A program made the translations under genes and the position numbers. Below the pieces are notes generated by a model. It searched no databases, was not told where the DNA came from, and saw nothing but the letters and a program-made list of their open reading frames with translations. Shown in pieces: positions 18,194 through 26,851 of a stretch of DNA of 64,000 bases. Positions within the stretch are counted from its first letter, which is position 1, and each line of letters opens with the position of its first letter. The stretch lies in assembly GCA_902764825.1 (NCBI GenBank), contig CACWXL010000017.1, positions 18,355 through 82,354 of the forward strand, given 5' to 3'. This DNA is from Oscillospiraceae bacterium. Its GTDB lineage: Bacteria; Bacillota; Clostridia; Saccharofermentanales; Saccharofermentanaceae.

Positions 18194-20050
18194 ATGAAGT
18201 CTATAGTAAAACCTATTAAGAGAGGCAGAATTACAGGATCGGCACTTGCAACGGTTATCCTTACAGGCGCACTCGCAGTTACGGCATCCGGTTGCACGGC
18301 AGAGATCAAGATGGCAGACGGAACTCCTGTAGGAACAGTAGTGATCAATGACGAAGCGCTGGCTTCGGGTATATCGATCAATCAGCAGGGCGTAAATGCA
18401 GACGTAATTACAGATCCTGCTATCCAATTACCGGCTGATGATTTTGATACGGATATAACACCTTCAGTATCCGTACCTGAAGAGAGCAAGGAAACGGAAG
18501 AGCCCGAAGTTACCGAACCTACTGCAGCAGAGACAACAGCAGCTCCTACCAAGGCACCGGCGACAGCAACTCCCGTACCGGTAAACGACAGTAAGAAGAG
18601 GGACTTTTCGAAGATCAAGAACGGAACAGTAATTCATTTTGATATCAAGGACAACGTTAAAGAGTACAAGGTATCAGGTGATTACGGCGAAGTATCTTTC
18701 ACGGTAAACGCAGGCACGCTCCGCTATGAGACAGAAGGAAACAAGTTATGGCAGGTCAGTATCAGTTCAGAAAGAGTATCCTACGCATATCTGATCAAGG
18801 AAAACGACAAGACATATCTTTATGTAGATGTTGTACGCGGCAATAACAACAACGAAACAAATATATATGAGATAAAAGAGAACTCCATCTCATGCATGAC
18901 TGTCCTTACAAACTTCACGGTATCTCCTTCTATAGACAACACGAAGAATTTCAAGGGATACGATGCAGACGGCGCAATGTTCTGCAGCGAAAGACAGTTT
19001 AAGATCGGCAAAGACGGACTCCCCGTACCTGCAGACAATATGAGCTATATCGGATCTGTAAGGGTTGTCGCAGCCAGGGATCTGACAGGATATCTCGTAT
19101 CAAACGGTAAAAAGACAAATACCAAGATGACGATCAAGGCCGGTGAAAGTGTTACTCCCACATGGCTCAACGAAGTTGAATACATTGATCTCAAGGATGC
19201 CAATAAAAACACCATCAGAGTGGATTTCACTGATGAATGCTGCAAATACTACGATCAGAACAATTACCGCTGGATCTATACGGCTCTCCGCAGCATGTTA
19301 GTTGAAGTAAGCCAGTTTAAAGCTTCAGTTAATTACCTGTCTGAAGGTTATATTGAGAAGTTCAATGACGGCAGCAAATGCTTCTGGGCAGAAGGATGCT
19401 ATGGAAAATTGTGTGTCGAGACACTCGGCAATAACATGCTCAGGATCACAAACGGCAAAAAGAGCTATGATCTCAATATAAAGTACGGTGATTCCGGTTA
19501 TGCCTTGAGCAGCGCATATCTTTTCAAGCAAAACGGAAAAGCATATATCTATGTAACTACTGTCAGAAAACCCGGCAATGCCAGTGATCTTAACGTCTAC
19601 GAATTAACAGATGATTCAGTAAAGTATGTCGGTACTGTTGAGAATCTTCTTATAAGGAAATTAAAGGACACAAAGTCTTTCTCCTGCTATGAGGATTACG
19701 GAAATAATTATCCTTTCCTTATCACGAGAAACTATAAGGTCGCAAAGAACGGCCTTGCAATCCCTGCTGACAACTACAGTCAGTTTGAATGGTCAACGAC
19801 TTTCAGAGCAGCAAGAGACATGGAAGGTAAGATCGTAAGAGACGGAAAGGTCACAGATGAGACAAAGAAGATCAAGACTGACGATCTGATAACACCCGTA
19901 GCGGTCAATGAAGTCGAATACATCGATTTTAAGGATGCTTCAGGAGATATCATAAGAGTCGATTTTACAAACGAATGCTGCACCTACTACGATCAGAACG
20001 ATTACCGCTGGATACGCCCCGCGATCCTCAGCATGGTAAAGGATGTATAA
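18194..20050 (+). CDS. Putative lipoprotein with two tandem domains homologous to the M56 sensor C-terminal ectodomain
   Basis: GGAGG RBS; signal peptide with lipobox-like TASGC; Pro/Thr linker; two ~245-aa repeats ending ECC-x-YYDQN(N/D)YRWI. Confidence 0.85.
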   Translation: MKSIVKPIKRGRITGSALATVILTGALAVTASGCTAEIKMADGTPVGTVVINDEALASGISINQQGVNADVITDPAIQLPADDFDTDITPSVSVPEESKETEEPEVTEPTAAETTAAPTKAPATATPVPVNDSKKRDFSKIKNGTVIHFDIKDNVKEYKVSGDYGEVSFTVNAGTLRYETEGNKLWQVSISSERVSYAYLIKENDKTYLYVDVVRGNNNNETNIYEIKENSISCMTVLTNFTVSPSIDNTKNFKGYDADGAMFCSERQFKIGKDGLPVPADNMSYIGSVRVVAARDLTGYLVSNGKKTNTKMTIKAGESVTPTWLNEVEYIDLKDANKNTIRVDFTDECCKYYDQNNYRWIYTALRSMLVEVSQFKASVNYLSEGYIEKFNDGSKCFWAEGCYGKLCVETLGNNMLRITNGKKSYDLNIKYGDSGYALSSAYLFKQNGKAYIYVTTVRKPGNASDLNVYELTDDSVKYVGTVENLLIRKLKDTKSFSCYEDYGNNYPFLITRNYKVAKNGLAIPADNYSQFEWSTTFRAARDMEGKIVRDGKVTDETKKIKTDDLITPVAVNEVEYIDFKDASGDIIRVDFTNECCTYYDQNDYRWIRPAILSMVKDV

Positions 20051-20085
20051 AGAAAGATCACTCCTCTGATATACAGCACACAAAA

Positions 20086-20117
20086 GAAAACGGACTGTCG
20101 TATGACAGCCCGTTTTC
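20086..20117. terminator. Hairpin between convergent genes, probably a bidirectional terminator
   Basis: GAAAACGGACTGTC-GTAT-GACAGCCCGTTTTC. Confidence 0.65.
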
Positions 20118-20139
20118 GATTAAACGCTTATTAGATCGA

Positions 20140-20982
20140 TTAAGGATTGATTACTGTGAAGCTGTAACCTGATACAACATCGGAATCCTCATAGATCGTC
20201 TTCTGCATCTGAAGAGCAGTAGAGAGGAGGAGTGTATAAGGTGAGAGCTTGCCCTTAAGGAGCTCAACGTCTGAACCGTAGCTGATAGCCTGAGCTTCGT
20301 CGTCTGAAAGCAGCATGTACTGTGAAACGAGGAAGAGGGATCTTACGCCTACGTTCATGTGAACGAGCTTATTGTTGATTGAGTATGTCGGGTTGGAGCT
20401 TGAAGAAGCACCTGACAATCTGCTGCTGAAGGAAAGACCCAATGTGGTTGTGGCGCCAAGAGAGCTTGTCTCATCCTGGATGAAGAGAGGCTTGCCCTCG
20501 ATGCCGACCTTACCTACTTCGTGGAAGAGAGCGATGATGATAGCGGACTCTTCGTCGAGCTGGGGCATGATCGTATCCTTGATCCTTAAGAGCTGCTTAG
20601 CAACTGATACGCTTCTGATGAGGAGACCCTTCTCGCAAGCGAGGGAACCCTTAACTTCTGCAGGTGCTGTAAGCCAGGATGTTCTGTTCTCGAGGAAATC
20701 GATGAAGTGATCGAATTCGGTCTTTCTCTTAACGATAGCTGCCTTGAGCTGCTCATAAAGAGTATCAACGTTGTCCTTGTTTACTTCGATCATCGGCATA
20801 ATACCGGCAACCTTATCGGACTTGCCTGTAGCTGCAGCTGAAACAGCTGCTGCCTGAGGAGTAACTACAGCGGAATCGTTGCCGCCTGCACTCTCGTCTG
20901 CTGATGTGAATGTATACTTACACTTAGGGCATCTGATAGCCTGATTGGCAATGACCATACCGCAATCGGGACATTTCTTCAT
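20140..20982 (-). CDS. Zinc-ribbon plus degenerate HD-domain protein
   Basis: AGGAGG RBS; CPDCG...CPKC ribbon; HD-fold pattern FxDFLENRTSWLTAPA...ALFHEVGK...EAQAI with HD replaced by HE. Confidence 0.7.
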   Translation of the reverse strand: MKKCPDCGMVIANQAIRCPKCKYTFTSADESAGGNDSAVVTPQAAAVSAAATGKSDKVAGIMPMIEVNKDNVDTLYEQLKAAIVKRKTEFDHFIDFLENRTSWLTAPAEVKGSLACEKGLLIRSVSVAKQLLRIKDTIMPQLDEESAIIIALFHEVGKVGIEGKPLFIQDETSSLGATTTLGLSFSSRLSGASSSSNPTYSINNKLVHMNVGVRSLFLVSQYMLLSDDEAQAISYGSDVELLKGKLSPYTLLLSTALQMQKTIYEDSDVVSGYSFTVINP

Positions 20983-21302
20983 GTTGTGACCTCCTGTTTT
21001 GCGGCTCAAAAATTAAACCGCAAATATAATTTAAACCCATTTTACAACCTTATTTTTACATAATCAATAAGAAAACACTTTTATTAACTAGGTTTTATTG
21101 TTATTTTTACTAGCAAATTTTATTTATTTTTACCTAAAATAAAAGACACTGACGAGGGGGTGTCAGTGTCTTAAGGAGGGTGTTATGAAGTAAGGAACAA
21201 TTACTTTGAACAACCATATCTTACCACCCTCAATATTTACTTTAAGATTCAAAAAAGGCAAAATAGTGGCAAAGGATTAGGCAAACAGGGAGGATTTCCG
21301 GA

Positions 21303-21566
21303 TTGACACTTGAGGGCAGACTTTTCGTCGCTAACAGGATGACAGAGATAAAAGAGGTCACAACGGAGGACACGGATGCCTCCTATTCAAAGTGTCTGGA
21401 AAAGGCTCTCATAGAGCTTTGCAAGCAGATGGACATCCCGGTACCCATGTGGATGAAGAAGAACACCAAAGAATTTGCGGCTTTCGGCCAGACGATCTTT
21501 TTCCGTGAGCAGTACACGGAGAACGTCAGATTCGACAGATTCCAGATAAGAGTAATAGAAGCCTGA
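21303..21566 (+). CDS. Small conserved-type hypothetical protein
   Basis: GGGAGG RBS and TTG start; ALIELCKQMDIPVPMW...FDRFQIRVIE resembles a small clostridial hypothetical family; coupled to the next gene. Confidence 0.6.
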   Translation: MTLEGRLFVANRMTEIKEVTTEDTDASYSKCLEKALIELCKQMDIPVPMWMKKNTKEFAAFGQTIFFREQYTENVRFDRFQIRVIEA

Positions 21567-22813
21567 TGAAGAAGCGCATAGGCATAATCGGAGGCGGTGC
21601 AGCAGGACTTTTTGCGGCCTGCCAGTTGAAAAGGCTCAAAGGCGATGCCGATGTCGAAGTAACTTTAATCGAGAAGAATTCAATACCCGGCAAAAAGCTC
21701 ATCCTCACAGGTCACGGGCGCTGCAACATCACCAACAGGAAAGAAATAAGCAGACTTAAGGAAGGCTATCACAGCGCGGACAAGTTCTTATATCCGGCCC
21801 TGAAGGAATTCGGACCGGAAGATACTGTCAGTTTTTTCGAGAACGGGATAGGATTAAAGGTCAAGGAAGAAGACAATAACAGGATCTTCCCGGTCTGCGA
21901 CAGCGCGGTAACCGTAAGAGACAGGCTTGTATCCTATATCTCTGACAGCACGGAAATAGTCTGTGATGCAGGAGTTAAGGGCATTAGGACGATGTCCGGA
22001 TTTGAGGTTGACACATCAAAGGGGACGTTTACATTCGATCAGTTGATCTTGTCCTGCGGAGGAATGTCATTCCCGAAGACCGGCTCTGCCGGAGATTCAT
22101 ACAGATTCGCAAGAGAACTGGGACACACTGTGATACCCGTAAGAGGCGCTCTGGCTCCGCTGAAGGCCGAAGATAAGGACAGAACCTTTTGCAGGGCGCT
22201 GAGCGGTGTATCGGTTAATGCCGGGGTGTCTCTTTTCTGCGAAGGCAGGAAGACTGCTTCAACGGAAGGCGGAGTGCTTTTTGCCGAATTCGGACTGACA
22301 GGGCCTGCTGTTATGGAGATATCCAGGGAAGTCCCCCAAGACATCAAGGGAAAAGATGTATTTATCGAACTTGATCTCGTGCCTGAAATGAACGACGATG
22401 AGTTCGAAAAAGAACTTCTTGATCTTATAGGAAAGCGCGCTGATACGAAGATAGCCACGCTGTTATCAGGCTTCGTTCCGCAGTCTGCCGCATCAGAGAT
22501 CACGGCCAGGGCAGGGGCAGAGGGTCTTTACGCGCAGGGCTTTACGAAGGAGAACCGTAAGAATGTCTGCCGTGAGATGAAGCACCTGAAGATCTGTCTT
22601 GAAGAAGCACCTGATATCAATACCGCATATGTCACCAGAGGCGGTGTGCCGCTTAATGAGGTGGACAGAAAGACCATGGAGTCGAAGATCGTGCCGGGTC
22701 TTTACATAATAGGGGAAGCTCTGGACATAGACGGAATCAGCGGCGGATATAATCTCCAGGCATGCATGAGCGAAGCATATCTTGCTTCCAAGAGTATCCT
22801 TAATTCAGATTAG
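21566..22813 (+). CDS. HI0933/BaiN family flavoprotein oxidoreductase
   Basis: GGGAAG FAD motif, GKKLILTGHGRCNITN, TRGGV, GEALDIDGISGGYNLQ. Confidence 0.9.
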   Translation: MKKRIGIIGGGAAGLFAACQLKRLKGDADVEVTLIEKNSIPGKKLILTGHGRCNITNRKEISRLKEGYHSADKFLYPALKEFGPEDTVSFFENGIGLKVKEEDNNRIFPVCDSAVTVRDRLVSYISDSTEIVCDAGVKGIRTMSGFEVDTSKGTFTFDQLILSCGGMSFPKTGSAGDSYRFARELGHTVIPVRGALAPLKAEDKDRTFCRALSGVSVNAGVSLFCEGRKTASTEGGVLFAEFGLTGPAVMEISREVPQDIKGKDVFIELDLVPEMNDDEFEKELLDLIGKRADTKIATLLSGFVPQSAASEITARAGAEGLYAQGFTKENRKNVCREMKHLKICLEEAPDINTAYVTRGGVPLNEVDRKTMESKIVPGLYIIGEALDIDGISGGYNLQACMSEAYLASKSILNSD

Positions 22814-22826
22814 GTTCTTACTGGAA

Positions 22827-23141
22827 TCAGTTGCCGTACTTATCGCCGGATACGCGGAAGATGACCTCGCCCGGATAGACCATGTCGAGCTGGGTCCTTG
22901 CAACGCTCTCAACATAAGAATCGTCCTTGCCGAATTCTTCCTGTGCTCTGATCTGCTGCAGCTTGTCGGATAAAGCTTCAGACTGGGCGACAAGAGAAGA
23001 GTTCTCTGCCTTAAGGCGTTCCTTCTGCCTGTTGATGTTGGCATACTTGGTAATGCATAGAATACCGACGACAACGCAGACAATGCAGATCATTGCCGTT
23101 AAGAACGATATTCCGCCTGTTTTGCGTCTGACTTTGCGCAA
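22827..23141 (-). CDS. Septum formation initiator (DivIC/FtsB family)
   Basis: GGAGG followed by TTG at 23141; single TM helix, coiled coil, YVESVARTQLDMVYPGEVIF. Confidence 0.85.
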   Translation of the reverse strand: MRKVRRKTGGISFLTAMICIVCVVVGILCITKYANINRQKERLKAENSSLVAQSEALSDKLQQIRAQEEFGKDDSYVESVARTQLDMVYPGEVIFRVSGDKYGN

Positions 23142-23251
23142 GATATGCCTCCGGAAATACAGCGATATACAGTAATTATTACTTAACCCCGGGTCCAAAA
23201 CAACAACCCGGGGTTAAACTTAAAGTACTTGTAATATTAATGACTCAGAAA

Positions 23252-23494
23252 TCATTCAATCAGCTCATACATCGATGCGGCTTCCTCTTTCCTGACCGTC
23301 TCCTGAAGCGATAAGACCCTGAACTTGACCTCTCCGCTTCCGAAAAGGATCGCAACTTCATCACCGACCTTGAGCTTTACGGAAGGCTTTGCGGGCTTGC
23401 CGTTTACGGTAACTCTGCCGGCCTGGCAGACATCATTTGCGACCGTTCTGCGCTTTATTACTCTGGACAGCTTAAGAAATTTATCAAGCCTCAT
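23252..23494 (-). CDS. S4-domain RNA-binding protein (YabO/RqcP-like)
   Basis: MRLDKFLKLSRVIKRRTVAN...GRVTVNGK S4 motif, 80 aa. Confidence 0.88.
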   Translation of the reverse strand: MRLDKFLKLSRVIKRRTVANDVCQAGRVTVNGKPAKPSVKLKVGDEVAILFGSGEVKFRVLSLQETVRKEEAASMYELIE

Positions 23495-24107
23495 TATTAT
23501 CTCCTGCAAGTATCACTCTTCCCTTAAGAGCGGAAAGGAGTGTTAAGTCATCTGCATATTCGATATCCGAGCCCATCGGAAGACCTGAAGCAAGCCTCGA
23601 TACCTTAATGCCGGAAGGTCCTACCATTCTCGACAGATAGAGAGCCGTGGCATTGCCTTCGGCAGTCTGGTTGGTTGCGACGATAAGCTCAGTTACCTCA
23701 GGATGATCGGCAAGGCGCTTGATCAGATCCGGGATGGTCGTATCCGAGATGCTCATGGACTTCATGGGGTTAAAAACACCGTGAAGCACATGATAAAGGC
23801 CCTTGTACTCGTGGGCGCGCTCGAAAGTGGATACGTCTCTCGGTGATTCGACAACAAGGACGGTAGTCTTGTCTCTCATGGGATCCGAGCAGATAGGGCA
23901 GGGATCTGAGTCCGTGAAATTCTGGCAGCACGAACACCTCTTTGTAGACTGTCTTGCAGCCATGATCGAAGACGTCAGAGCTTCGGCATCCTTATCGTCC
24001 ATTGCGAGGATATGGAATGCCAGACGCTGGGCAGACTTGCCGCCAATGCCGGGAAGACTGCTGAGCTGTGCTATGAGATTCTGAATCGAAGGCGAATATC
24101 TTGCCAT
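23484..24107 (-). CDS. recR: Recombination mediator RecR
   Basis: LPGIGGKSAQRLAFHIL, C4 zinc finger, TOPRIM region, SRLASGLPMGSDIEYAD; dnaX-ybaB-recR synteny. Confidence 0.95.
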   Translation of the reverse strand: MARYSPSIQNLIAQLSSLPGIGGKSAQRLAFHILAMDDKDAEALTSSIMAARQSTKRCSCCQNFTDSDPCPICSDPMRDKTTVLVVESPRDVSTFERAHEYKGLYHVLHGVFNPMKSMSISDTTIPDLIKRLADHPEVTELIVATNQTAEGNATALYLSRMVGPSGIKVSRLASGLPMGSDIEYADDLTLLSALKGRVILAGDNNEA

Positions 24108-24109
24108 TA

Positions 24110-24424
24110 TCAGAAGGGCATCTTCATGCCGCCGGTGATGGAGCCGATGCGCTCCTGGTTGGTCTTGTCGATCTGTGCCAAAGCCTGGTTGGCAGCAGCG
24201 ATGATGAGATCCTGGAGACCTTCGATATCATCAGGATCAACGACATCCTTTGCGATCTCAACGCTCTCGATCTGGTGCTTGCCGGTAACGACGACCTTAA
24301 CGAGCTCGCCGCCTGCAGTGCCTGTAAAACGCATTTCCTGGATCTCAGCCTGAGCCATCTCGATCTGTCTCTGCATTCTCTGAGCCTGAGCCATGACCTG
24401 GCTCATGTTGCCGCCCATTCCCAT
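24110..24424 (-). CDS. ybaB: YbaB/EbfC nucleoid-associated protein (N-terminus possibly truncated)
   Basis: QAQRMQ, GTAGGELVKV, DPDDIEGLQDLIIAA motifs; lies between dnaX and recR. Confidence 0.9.
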   Translation of the reverse strand: MGMGGNMSQVMAQAQRMQRQIEMAQAEIQEMRFTGTAGGELVKVVVTGKHQIESVEIAKDVVDPDDIEGLQDLIIAAANQALAQIDKTNQERIGSITGGMKMPF

Positions 24425-26667
24425 TCCGCCACGGAATCCTTTCCCAGATTCTGGGAACGTTCATTCAAGTCATCGAGCTTTCTGTCGAGCTCTGACTCAC
24501 GGTTCTTCTTCTCGAGATTTGAAAACTGTGTCTGCGTGCAGAGGAACAGATGCTCTGCGCCGAATTCGTCCTTTATGCCTGCAGAGATCTGTCTGAATGC
24601 CTGGGATCTCTTAAGGTTGGACAGGAGCTTCGTATCCTTGTCTTCGAATACGATGTATGCGGAATTGCCGTCCTTGCGGAGCTTGGTCTGCTCCAGGATG
24701 ACCGCAATATTATCGTTGCTCTCCTTGAGCTTGGACGTGATATTGGTCCATCTGAAATCGACATCCGTGGACTCACCGCCGAAAGAAGGAGCCCTGACAC
24801 CGGTTCTGGGCCTGCCGTCCACGATAAGTCCGCTCTTGTCTGCCTGAACGGCAAGCTGTGAGCGGGGCTGTACAGGTGCTTCCTGAGAAGGTTCTTCTTG
24901 TGGAGCATCATTTGAGCCGGCATCTTCTTCAAGGTCTTTCAAGAATGAGCTGGAAAGGCCTGCAAATATCCCTGCTGAAGGAGCGGGCTTGTCTTCGGGC
25001 AGATTAAAGGAGAAGCCCGAAGGCTCTTCCGGTTCTTCAGGCTCAGGTTCGTCCGTGCCGAAGCTTAACTGCGGTTCGGTATCCCTGGGCATGAATGAGA
25101 ATATCGTAGGTTCCGAATGCTCATTGAAAGATTCATCACCCGGAATATAAGCATCATCAGGATCAGCGGGTTCTTCCGGCTCATCCGGTTCATCGGGCTC
25201 TTTTGCAGCAGCACTTGCCGCAGAAGGCGTGAAAAGAGCATCGAAGGAAGACAGTGAAGGCTCGCTTGTCTTGGGCTCAGCCGGCGCCTGGTTAAACGGG
25301 AACATTCCCGACGGCGCAGATGAAGGCTGGGGCCTGTAGGGAGCAGGATTGGAGAAGGCCGGCTTTGCTTCGGAAACAGGCTTGTCTTCCGGCTCAGCTT
25401 CCTTGGCAGGCTCTTCCTTTTCCTTAACGGGCTCTTCGGAAGCCTTGGCAGGTTCTTCTTCCTTTACGGGCTTTTCAGGTTCTTTCCTGTCACCGATCGT
25501 GATCGATGCGGCTGCTTCAGCCTGCTTCTTCTCGAAGTCGGGGATAACGATCGGAGTTACCGGCAAAGCTGATTTCCTGCCGCAAAGGCGCATCAGCATA
25601 AGCTCAAAGCTCGTGGGAATATCCGGAGACTTGCGGAGCTCGGCATATTCCTTGGAGAGGTAACTGATATAACCGGTCAATGTATCGGCGCTGACCTTGG
25701 CAGCTGTCTGATACATATCCTTGATGGTTTCCTTGGGATAGGGCAGGTAAATGATGGGATCTGCCTTGACTCTGATGATCAGGAGGTCTCTGAAATAAGC
25801 TGCAAGATCCAACGTGAAGCGCGCCTGGTTCTTGCCTGATGCATTTAAGATCTCGCATAGATCGATAAGTTCGTCGAATCTGGCATCGATAAGGCAGTTG
25901 GCCATCTTAAAGAGGAATGAACTGTCTACGGTACCTGTTATCTTCTCGACGTCCTGTGAAGAGATCTCCTTGTCTCCGCCTGATATGGCGGATATCTGAT
26001 CGAGCAGGGAGAGCGCGTCACGAAGAGCGCCGTCTGATCTGGAAGCGATGAGGCGAAGTGCGTCATCTGAAGCCTTGATCCCTGACTTCCCGCAGACTTC
26101 CCTTAATCTTCCGGTAATGAGATCCAAGGGGATCCTCTTGAAATCATATCTCTGGCAGCGGGATATGATGGTTGCCGGGATCTTATCGGATTCCGTGGTC
26201 GCGAAAAGGAAGATAACATGCTTCGGAGGTTCCTCGATTGTCTTAAGGAGCGCATTGAAAGCGCCCTTGGAGAGCATGTGGACCTCGTCGATTATATAGA
26301 CTTTATATGTTGTTCTTGTCGGAGCGAAATTGACTTCCTGAAGGATGGGCCTGATGTCATCGACACCGTTGTTGGAAGCGGCGTCCATCTCAGTTACGTC
26401 AAGGATGGAACCGTCAAGGATGCCCTTACAGGTGGGGCACTCGTTGCAGGGATTGCCGTTTACCGGGTGCTCACAGTTGACGCTCCTGGCAAAGATCTTG
26501 GCGATCGTGGTCTTTCCCGTACCGTGCTGGCCGCAGAAAAGATAGGCATGAGCGAGCTTCTTAGAGACTACTGATTGCCTTAAAGCGGTGACGGCGGCTT
26601 CCTGACCGACTACGTCATCGAAAGTAAGGGGCCTATATTGTCTGTAGAGAACGATATGATCTTCCAT
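24403..26667 (-). CDS. dnaX: DNA polymerase III subunit gamma/tau
   Basis: LYRQYRP, GQHGTGKTT Walker A, CNECPTC, DAASNNGVD, IIDEVHML, SRCQ; long acidic Pro-rich linker. Confidence 0.95.
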   Translation of the reverse strand: MEDHIVLYRQYRPLTFDDVVGQEAAVTALRQSVVSKKLAHAYLFCGQHGTGKTTIAKIFARSVNCEHPVNGNPCNECPTCKGILDGSILDVTEMDAASNNGVDDIRPILQEVNFAPTRTTYKVYIIDEVHMLSKGAFNALLKTIEEPPKHVIFLFATTESDKIPATIISRCQRYDFKRIPLDLITGRLREVCGKSGIKASDDALRLIASRSDGALRDALSLLDQISAISGGDKEISSQDVEKITGTVDSSFLFKMANCLIDARFDELIDLCEILNASGKNQARFTLDLAAYFRDLLIIRVKADPIIYLPYPKETIKDMYQTAAKVSADTLTGYISYLSKEYAELRKSPDIPTSFELMLMRLCGRKSALPVTPIVIPDFEKKQAEAAASITIGDRKEPEKPVKEEEPAKASEEPVKEKEEPAKEAEPEDKPVSEAKPAFSNPAPYRPQPSSAPSGMFPFNQAPAEPKTSEPSLSSFDALFTPSAASAAAKEPDEPDEPEEPADPDDAYIPGDESFNEHSEPTIFSFMPRDTEPQLSFGTDEPEPEEPEEPSGFSFNLPEDKPAPSAGIFAGLSSSFLKDLEEDAGSNDAPQEEPSQEAPVQPRSQLAVQADKSGLIVDGRPRTGVRAPSFGGESTDVDFRWTNITSKLKESNDNIAVILEQTKLRKDGNSAYIVFEDKDTKLLSNLKRSQAFRQISAGIKDEFGAEHLFLCTQTQFSNLEKKNRESELDRKLDDLNERSQNLGKDSVAEWEWAAT

Positions 26668-26709
26668 AGTTAGTTCCTTAAAGCCGGTTTCAAAAACAGA
26701 TAATAAAAA

Positions 26710-26851
26710 AGTCCGTCCCGCCCGAACTGCCGCCGGTAAGGCTTGACCCGCGGCGCACTCCGTAAACCGCTTACTGCTGCTTCCTTCCGGACCTGACAGG
26801 GTTCACAGCCCGAAATCGCACGGGACCTTGGCACGAACTCGTATTTCAAAC
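26710..26851 (-). ncRNA. ffs: Signal recognition particle RNA (ffs/scr)
   Basis: Helix-8 core TCAGGTCCGGAAGGAAGCAGC at 26776-26796 (minus); upstream of dnaX as in Bacillus; extended -10 TGCTATAAT at 26858-26866; 3' T-tract. End coordinates approximate. Confidence 0.92.

Noticed and set aside
21174-21193. Perfect RBS followed by ATG AAG TAA (Met-Lys mini-ORF) on the plus strand
   Set aside because: Most simply the reverse complement of the C-rich motif in the minus-strand hairpin; there is no evidence of a plus-strand promoter.
21255-21290. GGCAAA repeats suggesting a c-di-GMP-I riboswitch
   Set aside because: The GNRA hairpin and GACGCAAAG elements of that aptamer are absent.
24403-26667. 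Programmed frameshift in dnaX producing a gamma subunit
   Set aside because: No A AAA AAG slippery heptamer or long A-run was seen at the expected position after domain III.
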